NCBI GenBank assembly: GCA_965223335.1
Contig: OZ244991.1
Coordinates: 704,001 to 768,000 of the forward strand
Direction: 5' to 3'
Source of the DNA: Thermodesulfobacteriota bacterium
GTDB taxonomy: Bacteria; Desulfobacterota_D; UBA1144; Nemesobacterales; UBA2774
Length of the DNA: 64,000 nucleotides
Shown here: in pieces, positions 18,068 to 26,958 of the stretch
Numbering within the stretch: the stretch's first letter is position 1
Layout: the number at the start of each line of letters is the position of its first letter
Notes under the pieces: model-generated
Databases searched by the model: none
What the model saw: only the letters and a program-made list of their open reading frames with translations
What the model was told of the DNA's origin: nothing
Made by a program: the position numbers and the translations under genes

Positions 18068-18111
18068 AAAGAAAAAGCCGGGTGAATAATCTCTACTCAC
18101 CCGGCTTTTTT
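18068..18111 (-). terminator. Intrinsic terminator T3 (bidirectional-looking)
   Basis: AAAAAGCCGGGTGA...TCACCCGGCTTTTT. Confidence 0.85.
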
Positions 18112-18168
18112 CTAAAGCTTTATCTTCGGCAGTCTAAATACTAACTGCCGTATTTATTTCTTATGTAT

Positions 18169-20127
18169 CTACTTCTTTCTGCGGAGCCTTCTTACCCCAA
18201 ATACAAACGCTACTGGTACTAGTGGGATAAGTACGTTGGCTAGTCCGCTTCCAAGCTCTACTGGGCTAGCTGCTATTGCACAGCTTCCACTCCCACTTCC
18301 GCTAGGCGGATTCGTAGGTGTAGAGGTCGGTCCCAGTGTAGGTGGTGTTGTCGGTGGCAGTGTCGGCCCTAGTGTCGGGGCTACTACAAAGTCCTGACTG
18401 GCCACAACTGCTTCGTCCACACCTAACCTTAAGAAGCACACTGGTACGTCGCCGCAGCTTGAGAAGTCCTCTGTGTCGTCCCATATACCCACTGCAGTGT
18501 CTGTTGCTGCTGCTACTGCGCGGTATGGGGGACCGTAGTCGTCTATAAAGGAGATAAGCGCTACGTCTCCACCTGCAGCACCTGTCTGTACATTAAACTG
18601 GCCTGCGAGGATTGTAGGGTCTACAATGTCTAGGAACGAGGTTATTCCGTCTAATGGAGTTATGCCCTCGAAACATTGGATCGGCTCAAGCAACTGGAAG
18701 TTATCTACCAGAATCGCAGAATCTTCACCAGCAACACAATTTCCATCCTGTATCGTGATGACCTGAAGGGCTAGTGAACTGTTTGCCGGTGCCTGTAGTG
18801 TATCACTTACGTACGAAGAATGACCGTTGGGGAATGTAAAACCACCGAGAACATACGACGTGTTATCGGTAGTTAGCGGCTGGCATGGTACATTGCCTAC
18901 TACCCCTCCCCCATTAGTTATTCGGTTCAAAGAAAATGGAATTGCTACTGCAATATCATCGAAATAGCAGTTAGCATCAATCATCTCAGGTATGGAGGCA
19001 TCGATTAGAATCACAGCATAAACAGCATCACAACTAGTACCTACATTCCCATCATGAAATGCAGATAAAATCGACGCATCGTATGTCAGAGTACCGCCAT
19101 TGATTGTTGTGAAAATAGCACTCTGCAACACTGTTGTATTGATTGGACCACCTAAAAGGTTGATTAAAGTGGCAGTTGCTAGTCCATTGAAAGTGCCTCC
19201 ACTATAATTACCTGTGAGTCCTTGAGATTGAGCTACAAAGGCATAGAAATCATTAGCAGGGTCGGGAGGTGTTGCAGGTGGTGCTGCTAGGTTAGGGGAT
19301 ATCCCCGTACTGTCTATCACGCCTGATGAACTACCCGCTCCTTGTGATACAAACCATACCGGCGCCAATAAAGGATCATTGAAAAAGTCCCCAGTCTGGA
19401 AACTGCCGTTTAGAATTATGTTCTGTTCCCCGGCCTCGTCACAGAATGCCTGACGGGCATACATGTTTACTCCATACATGTAGTCCTGAGAGTCTACGAT
19501 AACCGTCTGACCTGTTAGGTAGTCATGCTCTATAGCCTGGTCAGGGTTGGGGCATCCGTTTACCGAGGTTACTACCAATATACCCTCTTTACCCTGTAGG
19601 TTCTCGTCGGCTATCGGTGCACCTGCGTTACTTACCAAGTTGCCCAGGTCATACACATGAGTGTCCCCGGGGGTGTAAGCATCACAGAAGTTACGAATCT
19701 CTACACAGTTTGCGTCCAGTATACGCACGTGGACGTTTATACTATCGTTTACATTTGAGTTTGTTACCTGCACAGATGTGTTACGGCTGTCTGCCTGTGT
19801 CCACCAGGTCACAAGCTGTGAGCCACTGTCTGTGGTAGGTGTGGGGTTGGCGTTAAAGTTTGGGAAAAATGGTGCAAAATCGTCGTTGTTATGCATCCAG
19901 TCCAAACCACCCACTGCAGAACCCGCAAAACCCTCTACCGTACCTATGAGGCCTGCGGTAAAGTCGGCCTGTGCGGGGTTTGGGATCTGTACCTCTAGCC
20001 AGCCTGTGTCGTTAGGCACAGCCGGACAGAAGAGGTTGTCTGTACCAATCTGGCTCATTGCAGGGCTTACATATGCAAAGCCCACTAGCATGAGCAGTAA
20101 AAATGCTGTTATGGATTTTTTAATCAT
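18169..20127 (-). CDS. Surface protein B4 (most divergent copy)
   Basis: Same architecture. Tail GSGSGSCAIAAS...VFGVRRLRRKK. Confidence 0.9.
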   Translation of the reverse strand: MIKKSITAFLLLMLVGFAYVSPAMSQIGTDNLFCPAVPNDTGWLEVQIPNPAQADFTAGLIGTVEGFAGSAVGGLDWMHNNDDFAPFFPNFNANPTPTTDSGSQLVTWWTQADSRNTSVQVTNSNVNDSINVHVRILDANCVEIRNFCDAYTPGDTHVYDLGNLVSNAGAPIADENLQGKEGILVVTSVNGCPNPDQAIEHDYLTGQTVIVDSQDYMYGVNMYARQAFCDEAGEQNIILNGSFQTGDFFNDPLLAPVWFVSQGAGSSSGVIDSTGISPNLAAPPATPPDPANDFYAFVAQSQGLTGNYSGGTFNGLATATLINLLGGPINTTVLQSAIFTTINGGTLTYDASILSAFHDGNVGTSCDAVYAVILIDASIPEMIDANCYFDDIAVAIPFSLNRITNGGGVVGNVPCQPLTTDNTSYVLGGFTFPNGHSSYVSDTLQAPANSSLALQVITIQDGNCVAGEDSAILVDNFQLLEPIQCFEGITPLDGITSFLDIVDPTILAGQFNVQTGAAGGDVALISFIDDYGPPYRAVAAATDTAVGIWDDTEDFSSCGDVPVCFLRLGVDEAVVASQDFVVAPTLGPTLPPTTPPTLGPTSTPTNPPSGSGSGSCAIAASPVELGSGLANVLIPLVPVAFVFGVRRLRRKK

Positions 20128-20189
20128 CCGTGTTTCCTCCTTAATTTTATTCGTCTTTTGTTTTTTTTCATTTTATATGACCACTAGGG

Positions 20190-21254
20190 TTAAGGTAACG
20201 CTATACCAGTATCATCACTTGACCCTGGGGTCCACCACGAGTCCATAGAACCCGTGCCGTCTCCGTTGTTAAGTCCCAAATACCCTACGAAGTACTCATC
20301 ATCGCCACCTAAGATGACTGGGAAGCAATCCCCGGGTATACCTCCAAAATTAATGTCAAAACAGTTAAACCTGTTAAGCGGCATAAAGAGCCATCCTACA
20401 TCAACGCTGTCATTACAGATTCTATTAACCTCGCCCTTAGAGTTGGGGTGGAAGTTATCTATGCCCTTGTCTAACTGTGTCGGGGCACATGAGAATGTAG
20501 TCGGGCTGCAGGATGTGGGGCTCTCAAACTCATCGAATATATGGATCTGAGGAATATCTTCTGTTACATCCCCTGTTGCATCTCCAAACGTCGCTTGGAT
20601 TAATGGACTAGCCAGCACTGAGCTACTATCTATATGCCGATAGACTAAACCCACAACATCCGATAGGTTAGAACCGTCAACGTTGTTGAAGTTTAGGTCT
20701 GCTATGCTCCAGAAATTGTTGCTCAGGAAACCAAAGTCTTCCTGACCAGCAGCATTCGTTCTATACTCATAGTCTCCGTCCCCGTCTATGATCCTGAACA
20801 TACCAATAAGTATGTTCGACGAATTAACCTCAGAGACTACAAACAGGCCATAGCCCTCGTCAAGGTCTGCATTAGGAGCTGAAAATCCTACACCTCCCAA
20901 CCCGTCTGCATCGTTGTTAGACACCAGGTTGCCCAGGTCATATACGTGTGTGTCGCCGGGGGTGTACCGATCGTTAAAGTCCGTTTCCTCGCATACAGTT
21001 GCGGGAGATGTGACGTTGAAGATCTGGACATGTACAGTTGCCGGGCCATTTGAATAATTAGTGACCTGTACAAAGGTCTGGCGGGCCATACGCATATCCC
21101 AGAACACAACAAGCCTGTCTGTGGCCTGATCGGTCTGGTCTATTCTATCGCTATAGCCTCCGAATGGGAGACCCGCCATGGATACCGTCGGGGCAAACAG
21201 TATTAAAGAGAGAACAAAAAGATACTTAAATCTAGATATAACTCTATTCATCAT
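20190..21254 (-). CDS. Secreted acidic protein A4
   Basis: Paralog of A1-A3. SD AGGAGGAAGGATAGATG shared with the other A genes. Confidence 0.9.
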   Translation of the reverse strand: MMNRVISRFKYLFVLSLILFAPTVSMAGLPFGGYSDRIDQTDQATDRLVVFWDMRMARQTFVQVTNYSNGPATVHVQIFNVTSPATVCEETDFNDRYTPGDTHVYDLGNLVSNNDADGLGGVGFSAPNADLDEGYGLFVVSEVNSSNILIGMFRIIDGDGDYEYRTNAAGQEDFGFLSNNFWSIADLNFNNVDGSNLSDVVGLVYRHIDSSSVLASPLIQATFGDATGDVTEDIPQIHIFDEFESPTSCSPTTFSCAPTQLDKGIDNFHPNSKGEVNRICNDSVDVGWLFMPLNRFNCFDINFGGIPGDCFPVILGGDDEYFVGYLGLNNGDGTGSMDSWWTPGSSDDTGIALP

Positions 21255-21300
21255 CTATCCTTCCTCCTGAAATAATTAAATATTAATAGATTTCGAATCA

Positions 21301-21329
21301 AGTTTATAACATTTTTATGCTTTTTACAA
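21301..21329 (-). promoter_or_regulatory. sigma70-like promoter of unit 4
   Basis: TTGTAA-17 bp-TAAACT at the position equivalent to the other three promoters. Confidence 0.55.
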
Positions 21330-21364
21330 CACTTTTTAGCAAATAATCTCTCTTTTTTCGTAAT

Positions 21365-21406
21365 AAACAAAAAGCCGGATGAGTAACCTCTACTCACTCG
21401 GCTCTT
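21365..21406 (-). terminator. Intrinsic terminator T4 (fifth copy of the array terminator)
   Basis: AAAAAGCCGGATGAGTA-acctc-TACTCACTCGGCT. Confidence 0.7.
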
Positions 21407-21526
21407 ACCCTACCCTATAGACAAAACTAATGACGGAACAATACGCAGTTCCGAAAGACTATCATTCGGATGAAAATAAACTATAAAATCGATATGTATG
21501 AAATAGTGGTTTAATTAGAGAATAAC

Positions 21527-21985
21527 TTAATACACAGGGTCTACCCTTTCAGACTCGCAGACCTCTTTTACCTCGTCCTTAACCAAAGTGCCGTCCCGCC
21601 ATACTCTTTCGCGGATTTTGTGGCACCGTGTGCTCTCGTCATACCCCAGTGGAGCAGCCTCGATCCTTTCGTATCCGTCACGGCTGCGATAGGCCACCGG
21701 ACGTCCCTCTGCCGCAGCCTCATAGGCAGCCTGTTGGGAAATCTCGGTCAGTGCTCCACCCAATACACCGCCCAATAGCCCGCCGATCGCTGCCCCTCTC
21801 CAACCGTTATCCCTGTCTATCAGAGATCCCGCTATGGTACCCACAGCCGTTCCCACGGCTACACCCTGCGCCGTAGCGGGCGATGGACCGGACGTTGTAG
21901 CACAAGACATTAGTCCAAACGATAGTAATACTACTGTTACCAAATATGTAAGGGGTTTATAAATAGTGCTTAGATTATCAATCAT
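21527..21985 (-). CDS. Glycine-zipper outer-membrane lipoprotein
   Basis: Lipobox LMSC. GVAVGTAVGTIAG...GAAIGGLLGGVLGG. Confidence 0.8.
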   Translation of the reverse strand: MIDNLSTIYKPLTYLVTVVLLSFGLMSCATTSGPSPATAQGVAVGTAVGTIAGSLIDRDNGWRGAAIGGLLGGVLGGALTEISQQAAYEAAAEGRPVAYRSRDGYERIEAAPLGYDESTRCHKIRERVWRDGTLVKDEVKEVCESERVDPVY

Positions 21986-22299
21986 GACATCCTCCGTCTC
22001 TCTTTTTACTCTATAGTTTATAAAGTATCATACGATCTCTCATTTTCTACATCTATTTCTCCATACTTAAAATACCCTCATCTATACACTAACCATGATT
22101 ACGTAAAATCGTTTCATGATATTTTGTATAACGTTTATTAATTTCTTGTTGTACAATTATTAACTACTGGAATAAGCTTTATCCTTATATATGATTCAAA
22201 TGGACCTAGAGATTAATAAAATCTGAATAATCTATTTGCTTGATACACTATATAGGGGATAATTATCTAATAGGTATAGAAGCCAAAGGAGACATACTA

Positions 22300-25251
22300 T
22301 TGAACCGAATTTCCAAACTTATGAATAATAAGGTTGTTAAATTAGTTGTACTAACCACACTCGGATACCTTCTTTTTATCACAGCAAACTCAAGAATTGT
22401 TCCAAATAAAGCACTGGCGAGCAATCTGAACGTTACAAACCTGGTGATGCAGTACGTTAAACGGTACTACGTTAACCAGGATGTTGTGGAGCCAAAGCAA
22501 CTGCTGATAAGTGGGCTGGGTAAGCTGGAGAGGGTGCTCGACCAGGTGCTGATAGAGTTCCCTGACGGCGAAGACGGCCCTACGGTAACCGTCCAGGTAG
22601 TTGACGCTAAGACAAGTTTTGATATGAGTCAAGTAAGCAGCGTGGACGACGTAACATCCAAGCTAGAGCAGGTTTTTGAGTTTGTAGCCCCTAAAATCAC
22701 AACCGATGAGCCCAAGATGAAGGACGTCGAGTACGCAGTAGTGGACGAGATGCTTAAATCGCTCGACACTCATTCGGGTATTATCACACCCCAGGTCTAT
22801 AAGGAGTTTATGATTGAAACCGAGGGTAGTTTCGGTGGACTCGGGATCGTAATAGGAATTAGAGACGGTGAGCTCACTGTAATTGCGCCGATCGAAGGCA
22901 CTCCTGCATATAAAGCGGGGATAAAGAGTAACGATAAAATAGTCCAGATAGAGGACGAATCTACTATAAACATGTCTTTGATCCAAGCCGTAAGTAAGCT
23001 GCGTGGTAAAAAAGGCACCCCTGTAAATATTGCGATCAAAAGAGAGAATAATGTTGAGCCTAAGTATATAAAGATAATTAGAGATACTATCAAGATTGAG
23101 AGTGTCGAGACATTCGAGCTAGACAACGATATCCAGTATGTAAGGATAAGAGATTTTCAAAAGAACACACTGGACAGCATACTCGACAACCTAAATAACG
23201 GGGGCCCGGGACCAAAGGGCATCATACTCGACCTACGCGGAAACCCAGGCGGTCTCTTGGATCAGGCAAATAAAGTATCTGACCTGTTCCTTAAAGAAGG
23301 AGTAATAGTAACAACAAAAGCCGGCAAGGCATCTAAACCGTACCTGGCTAAAAACCGGGATTATGAGTTCGACGGTAACGTAGTAGTGCTAGTAGACTCG
23401 GGTAGTGCCAGTGCGTCTGAGATTGTAGCAGGGGCATTAAAGAACAACGAAAGAGCCATTATAATAGGCGAACGTACTTTTGGAAAAGGCTCGGTACAGC
23501 AGATATTCGACCTAAACGACGGATCGGCGCTTAAGCTCACAATCGCTAAATACTACACACCCGGGGACAAATCTATACAGGATATAGGTGTGACACCCGA
23601 CATCATCCTAAACCCGACTATAGTATCGAAAAACAGCTCCAACCTTAATCTTTCGAGCCAACTGCTCACAGAACACGATGACGAGGAATCCAAACAAACG
23701 AGCACTCCACTTGAGATCCCGACATACTCGATCACTTACCTTGAGAATAATAAAGAGGACAACGGCGACGACGAACCCACACCCGAGGAAGCTCTTAGCA
23801 GAGTAGAAAAGCGCAATAAACTCGAGAGTGACTTCTACGTCTCACTCGCAAAAAACATCCTGGGCTCATCCTCTACAACAGAACGCAGGGAATCACTCGG
23901 AGAAATCAAAAAAGAAATAAACCGCATTACACAAAACGAAGAAGTAAAGATCGAGGACAAATGGCAAAATGTCGGCGTTGACTGGTCATATATAGAAGCC
24001 ACAGCCACAAAACCTGTACTCGATATAAATATCGTCCCAAAAAACCCGGCCGTAAATGCCGGCGGGGAGTTGAGCCTAACCGTAGAGGTAGAGAACAAGG
24101 GAGCCGATCCTATATACAGACTCATGGCAAAAACCGAGTCCAAAAACCCACTGCTGGGCAACAAAGAGTTTATTTTCGGCAAGATAGAACCCGGTGAAAA
24201 AAAGATCTGGAGCACCACATTTGAACTCCCGAAATGGATACTCACGAGAATGGACAAGATAGACCTTAAATTCACCGATGCAAACGAATCCGAATTTGAA
24301 AATTACAGTTTTAATCTAAGCATTAAGGAGCAGCCCCGCCCGCTTTACTCCTATAACTACGAAATAGTAGACGACGGCAGGCTAGAGTCCGTCGGCAACG
24401 GCAATGGCATTGCCGAGTTCGGAGAGACAGTGGCCCTGCTCGTAAACGTAAACAATATAGGCCAGGGTATATCAGAAAAAAGTGTACTTACACTAAAGAA
24501 CCTATCCGAGGACACCGTGTTCCTTAACAAAGGCCGGTTCCAGTTTGAGAACCTTGAACAGGGCAAGTCTGACACTGACTATTTTACGTTTACAATCAAA
24601 GATCCCAAAAGCGATGTAGAGCTCGAGTTGCAGATTATAGACGACACCTACAGAGAAGGTGTTATAAGCAAGATCACATTGCCCTCCATAGATAATCCCC
24701 AAGAGATCACAAAGTCCGACCTAAAATACAGGGTTTTGAAAAACAACACTCCCATAAGGGGCGGGGGTTACACACAAGCCCCAATTATCGCGATAGCTGA
24801 GGAAGGTACAATCATTGATTCCGTTGCTGAAAATGACGACTGGATAAAAATTTCGTTAAAAGATTCCAACTCCGGGTGGATCAACAAGAAAAAAGTGATG
24901 GTCACGGACGACACATATGAGGAAAAGGAAGAGGCCGCAAACGGCACACTATCGGATGTGTTCGAAGCCCCTCCTATTATTAACATAGACGTACCACCAG
25001 TCACTACAAGTTCTCCCGAGATATCACTTGTAGGTGATATTAACGATACAGACGGCATAGATCTGATATCAGTTTATGTGGGTGATGACAAGGTAGCACT
25101 GCTCCACACCGTGAAACAGAATGTGCCCGTATCGTTTAAACTCAAGTTGCTAGAAGACATAAACCTCATCACAATCATAGCAAAAGACTCAAAAGGCCTT
25201 CTATCCAAACAGAGCTTCGTTGTAAGAAAAGAGGAACAGCCTAAAGGTTAA
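22300..25251 (+). CDS. Long S41 C-terminal processing protease (PDZ + S41 + Ig-like + SH3-like)
   Basis: LDTHS, GSFGGLGI (PDZ), DLRGNPGG, SASASEIVAGAL, TFGKGSVQ, SIQDIGVTPDI, plus a ~550 aa C-terminal extension. Start moved to TTG 22300 on the basis of SD AAGGAG. Confidence 0.9.
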   Translation: MNRISKLMNNKVVKLVVLTTLGYLLFITANSRIVPNKALASNLNVTNLVMQYVKRYYVNQDVVEPKQLLISGLGKLERVLDQVLIEFPDGEDGPTVTVQVVDAKTSFDMSQVSSVDDVTSKLEQVFEFVAPKITTDEPKMKDVEYAVVDEMLKSLDTHSGIITPQVYKEFMIETEGSFGGLGIVIGIRDGELTVIAPIEGTPAYKAGIKSNDKIVQIEDESTINMSLIQAVSKLRGKKGTPVNIAIKRENNVEPKYIKIIRDTIKIESVETFELDNDIQYVRIRDFQKNTLDSILDNLNNGGPGPKGIILDLRGNPGGLLDQANKVSDLFLKEGVIVTTKAGKASKPYLAKNRDYEFDGNVVVLVDSGSASASEIVAGALKNNERAIIIGERTFGKGSVQQIFDLNDGSALKLTIAKYYTPGDKSIQDIGVTPDIILNPTIVSKNSSNLNLSSQLLTEHDDEESKQTSTPLEIPTYSITYLENNKEDNGDDEPTPEEALSRVEKRNKLESDFYVSLAKNILGSSSTTERRESLGEIKKEINRITQNEEVKIEDKWQNVGVDWSYIEATATKPVLDINIVPKNPAVNAGGELSLTVEVENKGADPIYRLMAKTESKNPLLGNKEFIFGKIEPGEKKIWSTTFELPKWILTRMDKIDLKFTDANESEFENYSFNLSIKEQPRPLYSYNYEIVDDGRLESVGNGNGIAEFGETVALLVNVNNIGQGISEKSVLTLKNLSEDTVFLNKGRFQFENLEQGKSDTDYFTFTIKDPKSDVELELQIIDDTYREGVISKITLPSIDNPQEITKSDLKYRVLKNNTPIRGGGYTQAPIIAIAEEGTIIDSVAENDDWIKISLKDSNSGWINKKKVMVTDDTYEEKEEAANGTLSDVFEAPPIINIDVPPVTTSSPEISLVGDINDTDGIDLISVYVGDDKVALLHTVKQNVPVSFKLKLLEDINLITIIAKDSKGLLSKQSFVVRKEEQPKG

Positions 25252-25259
25252 CCAACCGA

Positions 25260-26189
25260 ATGTTGAAATACATCGTAGGGCGTATATTTACAGGCGCCCT
25301 CGTAGTCGTCATAGTTGCTACGATCACATTTTTTTTGCTAAGAACTCTCCCGGGCGGGCCGTTCGACAGCGAAAAGAAACTCCCCCCGCAGATTAAATTA
25401 AACATAGAGCAAAAGTACAACCTAAACGAGCCGCTACCCAAGCAATACGCTCTGTATATGGAAGGAGTGTTGACCGGTGATTTCGGCCCATCGTACAAAT
25501 ACCTGGACAGATCGGTAAACAGTATCATCAAAGAGACACTCCCGGTATCGATGGAGTTGGGGATCTTAGCGCTCCTCATATCTATTTTTATCGGGAGTGT
25601 AGCGGGTATATTCTCAGCCGTAAGACCACGTGGGATTGTAGATTTTGTCTCCGTGTCAATTGCTACTGCTCTTGTGTCTGTCCCCAGTTTTGTGATAGGC
25701 GCACTCCTTATATATATATTCTCTGTGAAGTTAAAACTACTGCCCGCGGCACTTTGGGGCGGGGCCGAGCACATGGTATTGCCGGCACTTACACTGGCAG
25801 CGGGACCCGCGGCATACTTGGCCCGACTGATCCGCTCGAGCATGCTGGAAACTCGCGATGCACTATTCATAAGGACCGCAAGGGCAAAGGGATTGTCCGA
25901 GGTGCGGGTGGTCCTAAAGCATATACTCAGTAACGCCATAATCCCTGTGGTCACAGTTATGGGACCTATCACCGCGTATTTAGTGACGGGTTCGTTTGTT
26001 GTGGAGCATATATTTGCAATCCCCGGTATAGGGCGGTTCTTTGTAATGGCGGTTTCCAACCGCGACTACCCATTGGTAATGGGTATTACGATCGTATATA
26101 CAATAATTCTTGTGATCGCCAATATCATTGTGGATATATGTTATGTGCTGCTTGATCCCAGGATTAAGTTTGAGCGAAGCCGAATATAG
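25260..26189 (+). CDS. oppB: Oligopeptide ABC transporter permease, OppB/DppB-like
   Basis: LPGGPF, GDFGPSY, RTARAKGL, GSFVVEHIFAIPGIG, RDYPLV. Confidence 0.85.
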   Translation: MLKYIVGRIFTGALVVVIVATITFFLLRTLPGGPFDSEKKLPPQIKLNIEQKYNLNEPLPKQYALYMEGVLTGDFGPSYKYLDRSVNSIIKETLPVSMELGILALLISIFIGSVAGIFSAVRPRGIVDFVSVSIATALVSVPSFVIGALLIYIFSVKLKLLPAALWGGAEHMVLPALTLAAGPAAYLARLIRSSMLETRDALFIRTARAKGLSEVRVVLKHILSNAIIPVVTVMGPITAYLVTGSFVVEHIFAIPGIGRFFVMAVSNRDYPLVMGITIVYTIILVIANIIVDICYVLLDPRIKFERSRI

Positions 26190-26194
26190 CCGAG

Positions 26195-26932
26195 ATGAAC
26201 AACATCAAACTAATAATCGAGTACGACGGCACCGAGTATCAGGGTTGGCAGAGGCAAAACTCGGGGCCCACCGTGCAGGGCACTATCGAAGAGGCACTTG
26301 GGAAAATAACAAATCAACAGATTGTGCTCTTGGGCTCGGGACGCACCGACTCGGGCGTGCACGCTATGGCACAGGTCGCAAATTTCAAAACCAACTCAGC
26401 CATAGAGCCCCGAAACATCATGCAGGGACTAAATTCCATCCTGCCCGACGATATTACTATTAAAGATGCAGCTGGGGTGGAAGACAACTTCCATGCACAG
26501 TTCTCTGCAAAAAAGAAATCGTATATCTACAAGATCCTATACCGTCCCTACCCCACATCCTTGCTCCGAAAAAGGGTATGGCACATCCCTTACGAGATGG
26601 ACCTTGGTCTTATGAAAGAGGCAGCCGAACTCATATCTGGCGAGCATGACTTCAACGCTTTCGCCCAGGCAGGCTCCACGGTATCGAGCACCGTAAGGCA
26701 TGTATACAGTGCCGGGTTTATAGATTACCAAGACGATATACTTGTGTTTCGAATCGAGGCAAACGGGTTTTTAAAAAGGATGGTGAGGCTTCTGGTGGGC
26801 ACACTTGTTCAGGTGGGCAAGGGCAGGTTAAGTGTAGATGGTTTTTCCGAGCTCATACGAAGCGGCGACAAAACTCCTCAGTTATTTGCGGCACCACCTT
26901 GGGGTCTATATCTTGAACAGGTGACTTATTAA
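26195..26932 (+). CDS. truA: tRNA pseudouridine(38-40) synthase
   Basis: YDGT.Y.GWQRQ, SGRTDSGVHA, GEHDF, FLKRMVR, GLYL. Confidence 0.95.
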   Translation: MNNIKLIIEYDGTEYQGWQRQNSGPTVQGTIEEALGKITNQQIVLLGSGRTDSGVHAMAQVANFKTNSAIEPRNIMQGLNSILPDDITIKDAAGVEDNFHAQFSAKKKSYIYKILYRPYPTSLLRKRVWHIPYEMDLGLMKEAAELISGEHDFNAFAQAGSTVSSTVRHVYSAGFIDYQDDILVFRIEANGFLKRMVRLLVGTLVQVGKGRLSVDGFSELIRSGDKTPQLFAAPPWGLYLEQVTY

Positions 26933-26958
26933 AAAAGAGATTATCTAAGAGGTGTGAG

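Larger units (their letters stand above)
8073..21406 (-). repeat. Tandem array of four ~3.3 kb promoter-A-B-terminator units
   Basis: Period ~3.25-3.38 kb. Paralogous ORFs and conserved intergenic elements. Confidence 0.95.

Noticed and set aside
8263..20127. Diversity-generating retroelement as the source of B variation
   Set aside because: No reverse transcriptase or TR/VR pair in the window. Differences involve all bases and indels over ~750 bp rather than adenine-specific changes in a short C-terminal region.
8073..21406. Integron cassette array or CRISPR array (five repeated hairpins)
   Set aside because: No integrase or cas genes and no clear RYYYAAC/GTTRRRY attC ends. Spacing is ~3.3 kb, the cargo is paralogous, and the hairpins look like intrinsic terminators.
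22240..22299. ORF-track N-terminal extensions (also 37068, 40607, 49479, 60189, 63261)
   Set aside because: Downstream starts fit SD sites, gene overlaps, signal peptides or family N-termini better.
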